A stretch of DNA of 64,000 nt from Candidatus Poribacteria bacterium. Its GTDB lineage: Bacteria; Poribacteria; WGA-4E; WGA-3G. A program made the position numbers and the translations under genes. Location of the stretch: contig OZ244048.1 in the NCBI GenBank assembly GCA_965215265.1, positions 4,384,001 to 4,448,000 on the forward strand, given 5' to 3'. Shown here one piece after another: positions 19,734 through 28,007 of this stretch; position 1 is the first letter of the stretch; the number at the start of each line of letters is the position of its first letter. The notes under the pieces are model-generated. The model did not search any database and was not told the origin of the DNA. It saw only the letters and a program-made list of their open reading frames with translations.

Positions 19734-20963
19734 TTAAAAAATTTGCGCAATCATAACGAGATCGACATTTAGGTTCAATTGATCTCTGTCCGCGGCCCTA
19801 CCTGCAGGCCGTTCGCGTTCTTCATTAGGACGCGTGTTCGACTGTTTATCCACAGTAATTCTTAGATCCTTGGCTGACAACCACTTCGTGTTAGTTTCAA
19901 TCAGGTGGTTTAAATTAACCAATTTTTCCATGCTGGTTTTGAACTTCATTTCAATAATGTAGTTATCAAACTGATACGTCGAGGGTGCCAAATCCAATTG
20001 CCTCAAAAGTGCTGTCCGTTGTTCCTGAATTTGTCCAACGTAATCGATGAGTGCGACAATGAATTCCTCTGCTGGTAGGGTCTCCGAAGTCAATGCCCCT
20101 TGTGTACGCAGCGATTGCGTGAGTACGTCTAGCAGTTTACTATTCGCTCTGAATTGAATTTCAACATAGGTGGGCTTCGCCCCGATGCCGAAAATGCCGG
20201 GGGTAGCAGGAGATTGGTGTTCATAAATCTGTGCTTCAAGGAAGCCGGGCCGGAAATTCGATGCCCCCAACAACTCTTGCGAAATCATTGAGAGAATAAA
20301 GTCTGCGAGTTCTATCCGCGTCTGTATAGGTATAACTTCCGGTAGTGACGCAAATTCCCGCTGTTTAATTGTCGTAGCGATTTTTTTGCTACTGTCGATG
20401 TTCTCTGTTTTTCCTTTTTCCGGGGGTTTATCTTCGCCCAGCCATGCGTTCATCAATTTTGAGAACGTGTCATCTTCAGTTTCTTGTTCCGCTTCCGCTT
20501 CTAGACTCTTTTTCTCTGCTTCCAAGTGTTTCATGTACAGATAAAGCACCAGATTCTGACGCGCCGGTGTGCCGAGTTTAACTGTCTGTTTGCTGGGTGA
20601 AGGTTTCGTCCGGAGTTGGTAATTTTGCTCAACCCCGGCGCGCTTTATCAATTCGTCAACGCGCTTTCTGATAACTGTCTCAGGATGTTCTTGATGAAAA
20701 ATGGTAAGCGGATCTGGTGTATCTTTTGACGATGCTAACCCGGTATCTTTATAAATTTCCCTTTCAATAGGCTTTAGGATTTCGGCTGCATGAACTAAAT
20801 TTTCTGCATTCGCTAAGTTTTTCTGTTTAGCATCTATGTTTTGGTTAGCAAACAGTTCGTAGAAGGCGGGGCCCCCTTGCAGCACAAGTACAATGAAGAG
20901 CACAATGCCTAAAATTCCAAGTAATATTCGGGCCTGAGGGGTTAATTCAAAATTAAATTCCAT
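19734..20963 (-). CDS. Membrane-anchored T2SS-associated protein (GspM/PilO-like position)
   Basis: N-terminal TM helix, coiled segments, C-terminal ferredoxin-like alpha/beta pattern; lies between the pilM-like gene and gspD. Confidence 0.6.
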   Translation of the reverse strand: MEFNFELTPQARILLGILGIVLFIVLVLQGGPAFYELFANQNIDAKQKNLANAENLVHAAEILKPIEREIYKDTGLASSKDTPDPLTIFHQEHPETVIRKRVDELIKRAGVEQNYQLRTKPSPSKQTVKLGTPARQNLVLYLYMKHLEAEKKSLEAEAEQETEDDTFSKLMNAWLGEDKPPEKGKTENIDSSKKIATTIKQREFASLPEVIPIQTRIELADFILSMISQELLGASNFRPGFLEAQIYEHQSPATPGIFGIGAKPTYVEIQFRANSKLLDVLTQSLRTQGALTSETLPAEEFIVALIDYVGQIQEQRTALLRQLDLAPSTYQFDNYIIEMKFKTSMEKLVNLNHLIETNTKWLSAKDLRITVDKQSNTRPNEERERPAGRAADRDQLNLNVDLVMIAQIF

Positions 20964-21220
20964 TTTTTTGTATATTTCAGCCCAATAAAGGCTGCTGCTA
21001 TTTACAACCCTGTGAAAATCTCGCTAGAGCCGCTTTATGCTATGCCTAAGGAATCTCCGATTTTTTGTATATGTTAGCCCAATAAAGGCTGCTGCTATTT
21101 ACAACCCTGTGAAAATCTCGCTAGAGCCGCTTTATGCTATGCCTAAGGAATTTCAGACGAGATTTACACACGATTAAACAAAATCATAAGCGTTGACGGT
21201 ACGGAGATATACAAAAAAAA
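20964..21220. repeat. Composite of three ~87-bp-family copies: two minus (20964-21044, 21061-21141) and one plus (21142-21220)
   Basis: 97-bp direct duplication plus a divergent plus-strand copy; ends TTTTTTGTATAT ... ATATACAAAAAA. Confidence 0.9.
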
Positions 21221-21222
21221 GA

Positions 21223-23151
21223 CTAACGATGCTTTAATTCTGGTTTTACAGACTCTTTTTTTTGCGGTGTGGTTTCGGATTGTTTTTCAGTATCCTCAGA
21301 ATTGTCGGTTGCTGAGATTTTTTCTTCAGGTCCGTTTTCATCCGAAGTTTCCGCGTCCGGAGAAGTATCCTCAGAATTCTGTTCTTCAAGCGTTTCAACA
21401 TCTGGCGGATGGATTTCAATTTCTGCTTCCGGTATTTGCCGTTCAGGCATCGGGTGACGTTTTTTAGCGAGCGTTTCAGGTGCTGAAGTGCTGAGTTTAC
21501 AATGCACTTGGACCCGGAAAATCTGTTTTCTATTCTCTGTCATTGCCGAAACTTCCCCGAGTTCAATACTCGTGAACACGTTAGAACGGTTGAGAGTGCT
21601 GAACAAAGCATTAATTGCCTGATGGGAAGCGGCCTCCAAATTAAAGGTAATCTGTGCTTTAGCAGGTTCATCCAAATTGCTGATGTTGAAATGGGTCCAT
21701 GCGATCTGAGTCCGATCTTTAAACATTTCGCTCAGGGCTTTTAAAATATCTAGTGGCGAAATGCGGTGTGTTAACAGATTCGTGAGTGCCAATTCGCGGG
21801 TGATTTGTGTCTTAGCCTGATTCATCAACGGTGTGATTTGAGCAGTGTGTGCGTTTAACATTTCTGCTCTATGCTGCTGCATTTGCTGTAAGGTGACAGC
21901 CACAAAAATAAGTCCGGCTATGGCTGTCCCACCCCACGCGCTTGTGAGCACAAGTTGACGTTTCCGGTTCGCTTGCGTATGGGTTGCTTCCACCTCTTTG
22001 GGTAAAAGCGAGACGCGTGTTGCAGGGTTCAGTGCATTGAGTGCAATGCCTAATGTGACTGCGAGGGTATCGCCCCATTCATCAAATACTTGTTGTGTCC
22101 GAGGAGCTATCATCGCAATTTCTGCTCGGTTATGAATTGCGATAGGGAGTGTCATTCCCACCTTCAGTGCCTCAACCGGATTCCAAAGGTGCGTTGGAAT
22201 ATTCAGTGTCTCTTCACAAACTTGGGTGAGTTCAAGCAGTCGTGCGCCTCCGCCGCATAACCAGAGTTCTGTGTTTCCTTCCGGTAAAGCCGCGGATTCA
22301 TATCTGCGTCTCGCTTCAGCTGCCGGTTGATTTCCCGTTTCGCGGAGTGCGGCGGCAATGGAACGTCGTAATTCACTGATAAATCGGGTTGTCCAAGCAG
22401 TTGCGGGTTCTTCACGTGCAGAAATTGTCCGCTTTTCCTGCTCTGCAGTTTCAAATTCAACGTTCAGTGCTGCCATCACACTCTCTGTCAAATGATTTCC
22501 GCCGGTCAAGAAACTCCGTGAAAACCGCAGCGAATTGCCCTGCATGAAACAGAAATCAGTCAGTTCGGCACCGATATCAACAATAATTCTATTTTGTAGG
22601 CTATTTTCCGGTGTAGAGGTAATACGTGCGGTTTCTGCAATTGCTACCATTGAAGGAACGATCGCTGATGGTGAAATTCGATGCTTTTCGAGCGGTGAGA
22701 TATATTCCTGAACAGTTGCACGGCGAGTTGAAATGAGTTCTACGGAGGTTGATTCGGCTGTCCGCCGGACATCATGGTAAGTAAAAATTGCATCTTCCAC
22801 CCGGAAAGGCAGCTCCGTTTCTGCAGCCATTGCAACCAAATTCTCAAGTTGGTCATCCGATGCATCCGGCAGGTTCGGTAAACGTTTCGTACTCACCAAG
22901 AATCGCGGGAGTGCAATAGTTACCTGCATCTTACTTCTGTTGAAAATGGCTCGCACCCCGGTCGGAATGGGATTACCTAGCGATTTCCAGATTTCGTCTA
23001 TTGCTGTGGTTACTGTTTGCTTATTCTCATTTTTAGGACGCTCTACAACGATTGCATTAACAAAATGCAGAGATGTAGCTGTTTGTTCGAGTTGCACGAC
23101 TTTAGTCGTTTTTGTGCCGATATCTATTGCGACGACCTGATTTTTTGCCAT
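21223..23151 (-). CDS. PilM/GspL-like actin-fold protein fused to TM and PilN-like domain
   Basis: VAIDIGT, IVDIGA, GGNHLT, LCGGGA actin-like motifs; SLLP then TM helix; acidic tail. Confidence 0.8.
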   Translation of the reverse strand: MAKNQVVAIDIGTKTTKVVQLEQTATSLHFVNAIVVERPKNENKQTVTTAIDEIWKSLGNPIPTGVRAIFNRSKMQVTIALPRFLVSTKRLPNLPDASDDQLENLVAMAAETELPFRVEDAIFTYHDVRRTAESTSVELISTRRATVQEYISPLEKHRISPSAIVPSMVAIAETARITSTPENSLQNRIIVDIGAELTDFCFMQGNSLRFSRSFLTGGNHLTESVMAALNVEFETAEQEKRTISAREEPATAWTTRFISELRRSIAAALRETGNQPAAEARRRYESAALPEGNTELWLCGGGARLLELTQVCEETLNIPTHLWNPVEALKVGMTLPIAIHNRAEIAMIAPRTQQVFDEWGDTLAVTLGIALNALNPATRVSLLPKEVEATHTQANRKRQLVLTSAWGGTAIAGLIFVAVTLQQMQQHRAEMLNAHTAQITPLMNQAKTQITRELALTNLLTHRISPLDILKALSEMFKDRTQIAWTHFNISNLDEPAKAQITFNLEAASHQAINALFSTLNRSNVFTSIELGEVSAMTENRKQIFRVQVHCKLSTSAPETLAKKRHPMPERQIPEAEIEIHPPDVETLEEQNSEDTSPDAETSDENGPEEKISATDNSEDTEKQSETTPQKKESVKPELKHR

Positions 23152-23192
23152 TTTTCTTGTTTCAACTCCCGAAATTGTGTTATGTTTTTCGA

Positions 23193-23419
23193 TTTTTTGT
23201 ATCTTTCAGCCCCATCAAGGGTTATGTATTGTTAAATCGTGTGTAAATCTCGTCGGAGCCTCACTAGGTTATGATTCCTCAAGAACTTTACGCGCTAACT
23301 CTTCAATCTCCGCTGGGTCGCCACCCTGATCTCGAACAGTTTTCTCCCAATCAATACTCACCCGATGAGCCGCTGGCGGGGCCCAAAAGAATTGAACCCA
23401 GTTTAGTAAGGAAATTTTG
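23193..23419 (-). repeat. ~87-bp repeat copy with the longest parent-gene remnant
   Basis: Core 23193-23277; upstream open frame ...NWVQFFWAPPAAHRVSIDWEKTVRDQGGDPAEIEELARKVLEES*. Confidence 0.85.
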
Positions 23420-24955
23420 CTAATACTGCCGCCAATATGGGATTGCCACAGTTTCCCCAGTCCGATTGATAATACCGATACACCGGGCGATGACTCTATT
23501 ATTTGCGTCAACGCCAGCGGATTCAATGCGAAAAGCGTGTGAGCGATAGGTTACCCAATCCACAATGTTCCTAAACGTCTCAAAATCAATTTCCTCAATT
23601 TCTAAAAGTTGGGATATTGCGGTGAAAGGGTTTCCTTTGATTTCTTCTGCTGTTAAATTTTGTATCTCCGGGGTGTTAGGTACTTCTTCTTCTCTCCGGG
23701 CAACAATCGCTTGTGCTTTTTCGCCATCCATTCCCGGCAAGAGTGCTAAGGTTTCCGGCGGTGCCGTATTTATATTGATTAACCCGCTAAGCGTCTCCTC
23801 ATCTTTTATGGTAACTTTATCAGCGATGCTGACAAATTCGTCTTGCGTTAACATTTTGACCTCTTTTAGCGCATCAATGTTCTGGAAATTCCCTTGTGAG
23901 TTGCGGTGTGCCACAATACGTTGGGCAATTCCCTCATCAATACCTTCAAGCGATTGAAGTGTCTCTATATCTGCAGTATTGATATTAATCTGTCCGTTTT
24001 CTGCCTGCTGCTCCTTTTCTTGGTTATCTTGTTCTTCGTTACCTTGTGTGGTAAGTCGAGCTCGGACGGAATTGAAGAGTTCATCGGAGACGGCTTGGAT
24101 GTCTACTAATGCTGCTATCTGGTCAAATTCGCGTTGTTGGATGAACGACTCCGCCTCATCTGGCGTGAAAACGGGCCCGTTATTTCCCTGAATTTGGGTT
24201 AGCTGCGAAGATTCTGCCGTATTCACGTTGACGCGCTCCTGCCCTTCTGCATCTGTATTTGTATCAATTGAATAGACTGTTGCTAAATGCACTAATCCGA
24301 TTCCACTTGTGGGGATATTTTCCTGTCTCGTGCCAGTTTCTGTTACTGGTATTGCAGTCTCTTCCTGCTGTGTAGTCGATTGGACGGGTGCCGACGAATT
24401 TTGTTGTACCCCGTAAAGCAGCTCTGCTGACATGTCATCAACGCCTGCAAGCGCACGAACGGTGCGGTATGGCTGCCCTTCCACAATGTTGTTCGCTAAT
24501 TCCTGCGTAAAGGCATCATCCGGGTTTGCCCCTATGTGTACCAACAAATTAAGGATGAGCGAAACGTCAGCCGTATTGAGGTTAATCTTTGATGCTTCGT
24601 CTATAATGTTAACGCTATAGGTTAAAAGGTTTCCGCCTTGAATACCGTCTTCAATTTGTCCCTCAATCGGTTCACCCCAATTTTCACCAAGGGCATCAAA
24701 AGGTATCTGATCGTCGCGTAGTAGAGCGAGTGCCCATTCAAAACCGGCTCTGGCAGCATAGTGAAATTTTTCGCGATGCAAGAAATTTCGCTGTGCACGC
24801 TGCTCCAAGTGAATCGAATAGAGCAGTTGTGTCGCGAGGATGGAGAGGAGTGTCAAGATCCAGAGCGTTGAAATGAGAGAGAGACCTTCCTCGTTGCTGC
24901 AGCTGCATGCCACTTTATTTTTTTTAAATATGGGCACGTATGCAGGATTTTCCAC
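23420..24955 (-). CDS. gspK: T2SS minor pseudopilin GspK-like protein with several helix-hairpin-helix repeats
   Basis: G|LSLISTLWIL leader, DEASKINLNTA, repeated ININTA...L..L.GI motifs. Confidence 0.85.
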   Translation of the reverse strand: MENPAYVPIFKKNKVACSCSNEEGLSLISTLWILTLLSILATQLLYSIHLEQRAQRNFLHREKFHYAARAGFEWALALLRDDQIPFDALGENWGEPIEGQIEDGIQGGNLLTYSVNIIDEASKINLNTADVSLILNLLVHIGANPDDAFTQELANNIVEGQPYRTVRALAGVDDMSAELLYGVQQNSSAPVQSTTQQEETAIPVTETGTRQENIPTSGIGLVHLATVYSIDTNTDAEGQERVNVNTAESSQLTQIQGNNGPVFTPDEAESFIQQREFDQIAALVDIQAVSDELFNSVRARLTTQGNEEQDNQEKEQQAENGQININTADIETLQSLEGIDEGIAQRIVAHRNSQGNFQNIDALKEVKMLTQDEFVSIADKVTIKDEETLSGLININTAPPETLALLPGMDGEKAQAIVARREEEVPNTPEIQNLTAEEIKGNPFTAISQLLEIEEIDFETFRNIVDWVTYRSHAFRIESAGVDANNRVIARCIGIINRTGETVAIPYWRQY

Positions 24956-24965
24956 TGTTTTTTCC

Positions 24966-25053
24966 TTTTTTTGTATATAGGAGCCCCGTAACGCTTTATG
25001 TTTTGTTAATGACTGTGTAAATCTCGTCGGAGGTTTTGATGTTTAGATTCAAT
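24966..25053 (-). repeat. ~87-bp dispersed repeat copy (gspJ-gspK spacer)
   Basis: Nearly identical to 25933-26019. Confidence 0.9.
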
Positions 25054-25093
25054 ATCCAGTTTGGATCGAGCTCGGTACTCCGCCTAATTCTGA

Positions 25094-26041
25094 TTAATTT
25101 GCAGCTGCGCCTGGCAAATGAACCATTGTTGATTGCGTCATCATTCCCGGCTGTGTTACGTTTTCGCCTTCTTGCAGGGTTGATGCTGTCTGCGGGCTTG
25201 AGAGATCTGCGTCTTCCCCTTGCACTGAGATTAGAATTTGAACTGCAAGCGGCGTACTTTCAGTTTCGTCCCATGAATCATACCAAGTTTCCTCGCCATC
25301 AAAGTACTTCAAATCGAAACTGACAATTCCAGAAATGAGGGCTGCGAATTGAGAAGAGATCGGTTCGCCATTTTCGTCGGTTTCAGGTGCATCTCCGGTC
25401 TCTAATAAATTTCCAATAACCAGCTGCGGGTCAAGTGCAGTGGTTGTAACCCGATAGAGGACCAGTGCCTCAGTTTGCTGCTCAGAACTCTGTTCAGTTC
25501 GGGTTGGAAGTGCTGTTTCGCCCAGCGGTATTTCATTTCCGAGGAAATAGGCAACGCGCTGTACATCACTAACGAGTGGAGACATAGAGATACTTTGGGT
25601 TCCAACGCTTTCTGCAGCCAATTGGAATAAAAAGGGATCTGGGTCTGTGTTTACTAACGTGACGAAGCTAAGTATGTCCCGGTCTCCGGATTCCATCGGC
25701 ATATCTTGTGTGTATAAAGCAAACTCCGGTTCTTCAGGCGATACCTGTATGTGTCGTAAATCGTTCACGAGTTTGTCCAACGCGACGCGACTTCTTTGGG
25801 CGGCTAACGTCTTTGTAGCAGTTCTATGGTAGACATCTACCGCTGTCTTAAAGACAAAATACGAAGTGCCTCCAAGAATAACCAGAATGCTAACAGCTAC
25901 AAGCATTTCAATAAGTGTGAAGCCCCTATCAGTTTTTTGTATATAGGAGCCCCGTAACGCTTTATGTTTTGTTAATAACTGTGTAAATCTCGTCGGAGGT
26001 TTTTGATGTTTAGATTCAATTTTTTGTAAATGCACTGTCAA
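25094..26041 (-). CDS. gspJ: T2SS minor pseudopilin GspJ-like
   Basis: RG|FTLIEMLVAV N-methylation motif; C-terminal W.DSW....PLAVQI; leader lengthened by the repeat insertion. Confidence 0.85.
   Translation of the reverse strand: MTVHLQKIESKHQKPPTRFTQLLTKHKALRGSYIQKTDRGFTLIEMLVAVSILVILGGTSYFVFKTAVDVYHRTATKTLAAQRSRVALDKLVNDLRHIQVSPEEPEFALYTQDMPMESGDRDILSFVTLVNTDPDPFLFQLAAESVGTQSISMSPLVSDVQRVAYFLGNEIPLGETALPTRTEQSSEQQTEALVLYRVTTTALDPQLVIGNLLETGDAPETDENGEPISSQFAALISGIVSFDLKYFDGEETWYDSWDETESTPLAVQILISVQGEDADLSSPQTASTLQEGENVTQPGMMTQSTMVHLPGAAAN
25933..26019 (-). mobile_element. 87-bp repeat inserted in frame in the gspJ leader
   Basis: TTTTTTGTA at 25933-25941 and 26020-26028, exactly 87 bp apart; removal restores MTVHLQKTDRG|F. 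Confidence 0.75.
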
Positions 26042-26053
26042 CCCCTGCTTCCC

Positions 26054-26479
26054 CTATCGTCCCTGCTGTTTTTGCCTATCTGCAATAAAGGTATGCATGG
26101 ACATCGAACGTGCCCCGCCGAGGTGTTGCCATGTGACGGTGACTTGAACTCTTACGACTGCTGCAACCTCTTCAGATTGTACCTCTTCAACGACAGACTG
26201 CCATTGGTACCGAGAATTGTCGCCAAATTCCCCGCTATCTTCACCGACTTCAGGGAAACCCTCCATTTCAATCTCAGCCATCCGGTATTTGATGAGGTAG
26301 AGTGCTGTGGTGCGATCGTCTGAAAGTCCCTGAGTACGGGTAGTTGACGAGAAAACTTGCGAAAGCGCAGGCAGAACCACCGATAAAATCGCCAAAGTTA
26401 CCAGAATTTCAACCAATGTAAAGCCTTGGTTACTTGTTTCATGTCGAGCCAATTCAAATGGTAGCTGATATTGTCTCAT
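26054..26479 (-). CDS. gspI: T2SS minor pseudopilin GspI-like
   Basis: QG|FTLVEILVTLAI; YQWQ...V...VRVQVTVTW. Confidence 0.85.
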   Translation of the reverse strand: MRQYQLPFELARHETSNQGFTLVEILVTLAILSVVLPALSQVFSSTTRTQGLSDDRTTALYLIKYRMAEIEMEGFPEVGEDSGEFGDNSRYQWQSVVEEVQSEEVAAVVRVQVTVTWQHLGGARSMSMHTFIADRQKQQGR

Positions 26480-26481
26480 GG

Positions 26482-26602
26482 TTTTTTGTATATCTCCTTA
26501 CCATCAACGTCTATGTAATGATAGCTCGTGTGTAAATCTCGTCTCAGCCGTTCTAGGTTATGATTCCTCGATAACTTTTCGCGCAAGCTCTTCAATCTCG
26601 AG
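26482..26602 (-). repeat. ~87-bp repeat copy with parent-gene tail (EIEELARKVIEES*)
   Basis: Ends 2 nt before the gspI ATG; weak similarity to the 23.3-kb remnant continues toward 26629. Confidence 0.9.
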
Positions 26603-26629
26603 GGTTACAACCCCGGAAGCACTTGAAGA

Positions 26630-27421
26630 TTATTCGCGAGTTTCTGCTCGAAATCCCAGCAGTTCAATATCTTCAGGCGTGAGCTGTCGAACGTGAACAC
26701 GCCCATTTGCTAACTCAACGGTGATCGACATCATCTGATTTTGCTGGTTCCGAAGATAGATCAACGTTTCCTCGGAAGTGCCGGTTGGCGAAAAATAGAC
26801 GTACTCAATCCCATCCTCTATCTGTGCAGTTCGCCCATTGTGGTTTGTTACCATGCTGGCGAATGTAACGTTCTGTTCTAAGGTTTGTGGTATTCCTAAG
26901 ATGTCACTTGTACGAGACAGTGCTTGTTGTCCACTTGCCGTAGCGGCTGCGCCTTGACGCTGCAGAGTGCCTGCTTGTGCTGTTATCACCGTAGAATTTT
27001 CTGCTTCGACGATTGAGGTCAATGGGTCCCTCGGGTTAAACGTTTCACTAGAGGCGAGCCAATAAAGTTCCCTGTCCAAATCAATGACAACAAGGTAGGG
27101 TATTCGCTCTGTAATTGCCATATCCCGTGCAAAGGTGAGCAGGTCTCGGAGGGTATAGGCAGATGCCTTCAACCGGCGCGTGGTTGCAAACCCCTTCAGC
27201 GCAGGCATGGCTATGGAGGACAGTACGGCGATAATTGCCATGACGAGCAGTAGCTCCATGATAGTAAAACCGAGCTGGCGAACGGAGGTCTGGTTACGAA
27301 CCGTGCCTCCGTTTTTATAGGAACCGTCAGTTGTTTGCGGCGGCTGTATCCCAATTGGTAATATCCGCGTCAAATTCTTCGCCTCCGACCTTACCGTCTT
27401 TTCCGAGTGAGTAGAGGTCAT
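26630..27421 (-). CDS. gspH: T2SS minor pseudopilin GspH/FimT-like (true start uncertain, overlaps gspG end)
   Basis: G|FTIMELLLVMAII, ARDMAI, YFSPTGT. Confidence 0.82.
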   Translation of the reverse strand: MTSTHSEKTVRSEAKNLTRILPIGIQPPQTTDGSYKNGGTVRNQTSVRQLGFTIMELLLVMAIIAVLSSIAMPALKGFATTRRLKASAYTLRDLLTFARDMAITERIPYLVVIDLDRELYWLASSETFNPRDPLTSIVEAENSTVITAQAGTLQRQGAAATASGQQALSRTSDILGIPQTLEQNVTFASMVTNHNGRTAQIEDGIEYVYFSPTGTSEETLIYLRNQQNQMMSITVELANGRVHVRQLTPEDIELLGFRAETRE

Positions 27422-27779
27422 AATCGTACCCAGGGCGCGTTCCGGGGTATCTATAAATGTAACTGTTGTTCCATGGATCTAGAAAAGTCTCAGCTTTAAG
27501 GTAGGGTCCGTTCCAAGTCTCGGGCGTTGGATTGGGTGCCTGCCATAAAGCAGCGAGGCCTTGTTCAGTGGTTGGGTAGGTCCCGACTTCAATCGCATAC
27601 AGCTCTAAAGCTGTTTTGATGTTTCCAATTTCAATTTTAGCTTTCGAGACACGTGCCTTTTGCGGCGCATTTACTATCTTAGGTGCGATGAACGTTGCCA
27701 AAATGCCTAAGATAACTATAACAATTGTCAATTCAATCAAGGTTAATCCTGATTGGTCTGTTCTGAGTTGCGTTAGCAT
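27327..27779 (-). CDS. gspG: T2SS major pseudopilin
   Basis: G|LTLIELTIV, YPTTEQGLAAL, WNGPYL, DPWNNSYIY, YSLGKDG, DITNW; start set at ATG 27779. Confidence 0.95.
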   Translation of the reverse strand: MLTQLRTDQSGLTLIELTIVIVILGILATFIAPKIVNAPQKARVSKAKIEIGNIKTALELYAIEVGTYPTTEQGLAALWQAPNPTPETWNGPYLKAETFLDPWNNSYIYRYPGTRPGYDYDLYSLGKDGKVGGEEFDADITNWDTAAANN

Positions 27780-27856
27780 GTAAATCACCTTTTTTCTGGG
27801 GGAGATCGACGCAACGGCGATGTGCACGTTGTGTCGCTATGTCCCTTTTAGGATAA

Positions 27857-27937
27857 TTCGTGTATTTCAGCCCGATAACGCTCTATGTTGTGTCAATGAA
27901 TGACTGTGTAAATCTCGTCGGAGATTTTCTAGGTTTT
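27857..27937 (-). repeat. ~87-bp dispersed repeat copy (gspF-gspG spacer), degenerate
   Basis: aaacctagaaaatctccgacgagatttacacag...gggctgaaatacacgaa with a 4-bp internal duplication. Confidence 0.85.
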
Positions 27938-28007
27938 AACGGTAATGGTCCTTTATTCTTTTACGGCGGTTTAGCCACATTTATTGTTATTAGAAAGACT
28001 GCGTTTT

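Noticed and set aside
23193-23419. Group II intron or TnpB/IscB 3' remnant as the source of the repeat
   Set aside because: No domain V/VI motif, and the peptide tail lacks recognisable RT-maturase, RuvC or HNH motifs.
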